Of a stretch of DNA of 64,000 bases, positions 56,051 to 64,000 are shown piece by piece. The DNA lies in assembly GCA_012295275.1 (NCBI GenBank), contig CM022673.1:1736001-1800000 (forward strand), read 5' to 3'. The translations under genes and the position numbers were made by a program. This stretch comes from Chrysomallon squamiferum (Eukaryota > Animalia > Mollusca). A model generated the notes under the pieces. That model was not told the origin of the DNA. It saw only the letters and a list, made by a program, of their open reading frames with translations, and made no database searches. The stretch's first letter is position 1. The number at the start of each line of letters is the position of its first letter.

Positions 56051-57358
56051 CATACCGCATACATGCATGCTATGAAAGCAGCGATCTTGTTGGGTCGATG
56101 TCGTCATCAATGTCTGAAACAGGCAACATGGTTAGTCAGGGTTAGTAAAACAAACAGAGTAACAAAGTAAATAACACAGTAAAATAACAAAGTAAAATAA
56201 CAAAGTGTGTGTCTGTAAAACGCCACACAATGCGCGGATCGAATGTCAAACTATTTTCACTTCCGATGTCAGAATTTTAAGATTCGCTGGCTTGATTCAA
56301 AAAAGAGATATTCATTATAAAAAGAAGGGGTAAAATACTGAACGGTTTCCGTGATGAGAAATTTGAACGAAGGTTTGAGAACGTTTTCACTGACAAGATC
56401 AGGTTTCATACTGTTTGCTTTTTGTGTTATTATTTTTCGTAATTTCGTAAACTGCCACGTTTGATTATCAGAACTTCTAAAGAAGGTGTTTAGAATTTTA
56501 CATTTTTCGTTCAGGCCTTTAGAATCTTTAGATTTTAGCGTATAACAGCTTAAATTCAGTATTTAGAAGTTTAGATTTAGATTTCACATATTTAAGATTT
56601 CTAAATTTAATGTCCAAACTTTACTTTCACTGATAACAACTTTAGATAAAATAAATCTAAGATAGTAACTTTAGTAACAAAATTCTAGATTTAGAGTTCA
56701 GAAAAATGGATTAATTATTTTTTGTATTTATCAGTGTTAAACCTTTGAATTCTTTTTTAGAATTTTAGATTTAATATTAAATGTTTTTGATTCACTATTA
56801 CTCAAATCTGTTATTCACATTTATAACAAATTTTAAAAATCACTATTTCGAAAAAAAAAAAAAAAAATCACTTTTTCACGTATTCAGACTGAATATTCGG
56901 AATTTTAGAACCAGAATTCATTAACATTTTATAAAATTTTTCACATTTTAGCTCATACAGTAAATTCCTGTAGTTTCAGATGGTGAATTTTTATTGCGTT
57001 AAATACACGCCATGTGTTTTGTAACAAATCTGAAAACGATTTTACATTTGATCCGCTGTTTGTCTGAACATTTACACACACAGAAATAAAAACATGTTAG
57101 TGGTTAGTAGTGATCGAAATTATGCAAGATTCAAATCTCAAAATATTCATGCACAACCAGTTTACACGTGGCAAAACACTTTGATAGTAAAAACAGAAAT
57201 GAGAAAAAAAAAAAAAAAAAAAACAATTTAGATTTTCAGCATTCACTTATTATTTTTTTTTTTTTTTTTAAATATAAAAATAAACATTTAATCAACATTA
57301 AACATTTTAAAATGATTCAGTATCCTGCATGTAAATAATAATAATATTTGTAATAATA

Positions 57359-57401
<43 letters not shown>

Positions 57402-57534
57402 TTAAATAATTAGATTTAGAAAGCAAAAAAAAAAAAAAAAAAAAAACAATCGTTTTTAACTGAAACTTTTCTAATTGGTCGTTGACAAATTATATAAAAA
57501 AAAATTAATATCCAATTTCTATGTAAATATAATA

Positions 57535-57574
<40 letters not shown>

Positions 57575-58195
57575 TTTAATCGAGATTTCAGAATACTGAA
57601 TCATTTTAATAAAGGTGCATTCACAAACTGCGACTGACAATAACGATTTGCACAAAACAATAAATCGATAAAAAGAAAATCTTTCTCAGACAGAACATCT
57701 GATATAATCTGTACTGAGAACAATTTTATAACAGTGATTATTTCTACGGAGAAGGGGCCACCCCTTTGGGCCAAAGCACATACTCTGTATTACAAAAGGC
57801 CTTGTTATCAATACCTGTTATTGCAAATCAACTCTTGCGAAAGCACCTTAATGATCCTATATATAAACATGCCATAAGACGACCAATATTACCGTGACGT
57901 GTACGCATGCAATGAATAATATTAATTATAAAATCAATATGCACCAATATTTATGCATCATTTATGCACAACATGCTATTATCAGACTGAAGGAATATTT
58001 AAAATAGAGTAAAAGCATGCTTTATGATGCCTTTATTTTTTAATCGCTTTGAAAATATTTTTATTTCTGATTTTATTGTTAGTTGACCAACTGTCTATTA
58101 TAATTTGTTACATTATATAAAATTTAGATATAAATCGATGTCTGAAATTCAGTATTATATAAATAATAAATAGTAACGAATGAATGAATAAATAA

Positions 58196-58249
<54 letters not shown>

Positions 58250-59517
58250 TAATAATAATAATAAAATCTTTAAAACAGTATCAAATAATAATTATATAAA
58301 TTCTTTTCGTTCAAAATTTTTTTAGCTGTTATTTCAGAATGTTTCGAGTCATCTTCATATTTTTAATCTTTCCGTACCATAATCGCATCACGAAAAATAC
58401 TGGACATGCAATGATAATTCTAACCCTCTACGTATTAAAACATGCTTTTGAGAACAATATTATTGACTTTTTTTTATTATTATTTAATATGATTCTTTAA
58501 ATTACTCAACGATATAAGCACTTACCTTGTAATCAAACAGATTCAAGACAGTTAATATGAATTCATTTATCGTTTAACTGTCTTGTTTCAACGTGTTAAT
58601 GAGAAAAATAACTTGTATGTAAAAAATATATTGTGTTGAAATGGCAGCTTCCATTTTTAGCAGTTAACCGTTATGAATAATTGAAAAAATATTTAAAAGG
58701 TCAAATTGTTTTTATCAACATCTGTCTCAGTATTTTCTCTGTCAAATGGATACAAAAACTCAGTTTCAGATATTAAAAAATAGGCCAAACAAGAACGTGC
58801 TGATAACAAAATATAATACGATTTAAGTCGAAAAAAAATAAAAAATAATGAATACCCCCTCCTTTTTCTAAGTTTAATAATGATCATAAAATAGTTTTCT
58901 AAAGTCATGGGGAGTTAACCATTTCAACACTTTCATAAATTATGCTAACGTGCTTATGAAATTTCGTTTTCAAAAATTAAAATGACGATGACATTTTCGT
59001 AATTCATTTTAATTTTAAATCATTAATAAAAACTTTTTAAGATTAAAAAATTCGACTTAAATTCCTTTCGCAAAATACACGCGAATTCAGCAGCATTCAA
59101 ATATCTAAATATCTTGGAATATTGTCAAGATACCCACAATGCATAAAATTCCGATAACATGCCTAGATCTATAGCTCTGAACTTTAGAAAAAAGATATAG
59201 TCATCTATAGTTTCATGATGCAGTTCCAGTGATGTAAGAATACGACAGGCTCTGTATCATCAGTATTATTAATATTACTGCCTGTCGTAGACTGCTGTAG
59301 AACAGCTGTAATTTGGTGTTAAACTAAACACACCACTGACTGATCAAATCGGACACATGCTGAAAGCTATATGATTATATTTTAAGTCTACATCTTCTTC
59401 TACGCCTCCACGATGCTAATTTTTTCAGTTCGCCGGAAAATTCTACTTGAAAGATATTGCATGATGCAGTTTCATGCTAAAGAAATAAGAAGAGACATTT
59501 TCGTTTGTGTGTGTGTG

Positions 59518-59564
<47 letters not shown>

Positions 59565-60209
59565 TTCTGTCTGTTTGTATACACATGCATTAAAATGGCA
59601 TCTGAATATGCGAATGATTAGGTGAATATGTGTCTCTGTATGTAGTATATATGTATGTCTTTGTGTGTTCTGAGTGTATATATGTGTGGGCGTGTGTGTG
59701 TGGGTGCGTGAATGTGTGTGCGTGTGAATGTGTATGTATGAATGTGTGTCTGTTTGTTGATAATGGCTAAAAAAATGTCCCTTACTAAATTTGATAATAT
59801 TGCGCACTGTCAGCCTTATCATGTGTCCACTGGAAAGTTTTAATTAGTTTATTAAATAAATTAATTAACTTAATACTATTTCACATGCCTGTGAAATTTA
59901 AGTTTTAATGTGAGAATAATTATTTTAGAAATATATATACATTTACACAGTTTTACATGTACACGACATAAATTACTTTATCTTATTTTATTTTCGAGTT
60001 TTCACTTCAGAGTTTACATCCAAAAGAGAAATGATAATAAAAAGTTGAGCTTCAAGATTGTACGCAAGGCTCTGTTACAGAAAAGCTGTAAGCTACATCA
60101 AAAACATATATAATGTGCTACATAAATATTACATATTACTTTATTCAAGGACTTGAAATCAAGCGTGCAAAAGATATGGTATCGAACCCTAAAATAATTA
60201 TAGTTAACC

Positions 60210-60262
<53 letters not shown>

Positions 60263-60295
60263 AATGTTTCATATTAGCGATCATAAATCTAACAA

Positions 60296-60329
<34 letters not shown>

Positions 60330-60361
60330 TTTTTTTTATCAGAATTTTATTTAAATTTAAA

Positions 60362-64000
<3,639 letters not shown>

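Noticed and set aside
56056-56113. Candidate small exon (DIDDDIDP...) upstream of the 53.5-kb exon
   Set aside because: No donor/phase combination joins it without a stop unless another indel is assumed.
58544-58585. 12-bp inverted repeat CAAGACAGTTAA...TTAACTGTCTTG as a possible miRNA hairpin
   Set aside because: The stem is too short and does not extend; no known miRNA recognised.

Overview
AT-rich, microsatellite-dense eukaryotic DNA with intron-containing genes, probably from a mollusc (gastropod-like SINEs; inference). Hand-splicing gives these models: (1) RAD51AP1 (+, 5' end outside the window); (2) an intronless small heat-shock protein (+) with heat-shock elements on both sides; (3) a 12-exon secreted, probably GPI-anchored laccase-type multicopper oxidase (-) whose T1-copper axial Met is replaced by Lys; (4) about 800 bp upstream on the same strand, a 17-exon secreted protein, VWA-Ig-VWA-Ig-VWA-Ig-VWA plus a Cys-rich tail, with all MIDAS motifs degenerate and all Ig domains cysteine-free; (5) a candidate 3-exon gene for a small 6-Cys Spaetzle/cystine-knot-like protein (-); (6) the 3' part of an uncharacterised gene (-) with a possible alternative last exon. 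Also present: a truncated Tigger/pogo transposon, several old SINE copies and minisatellites, two of which amplify splice donors. Up to five single-base frameshifts at short homopolymer runs suggest long-read assembly errors. The best candidate for an undescribed system is the laccase plus VWA/Ig matrix-protein pair. All models were read by eye and no database search was run.
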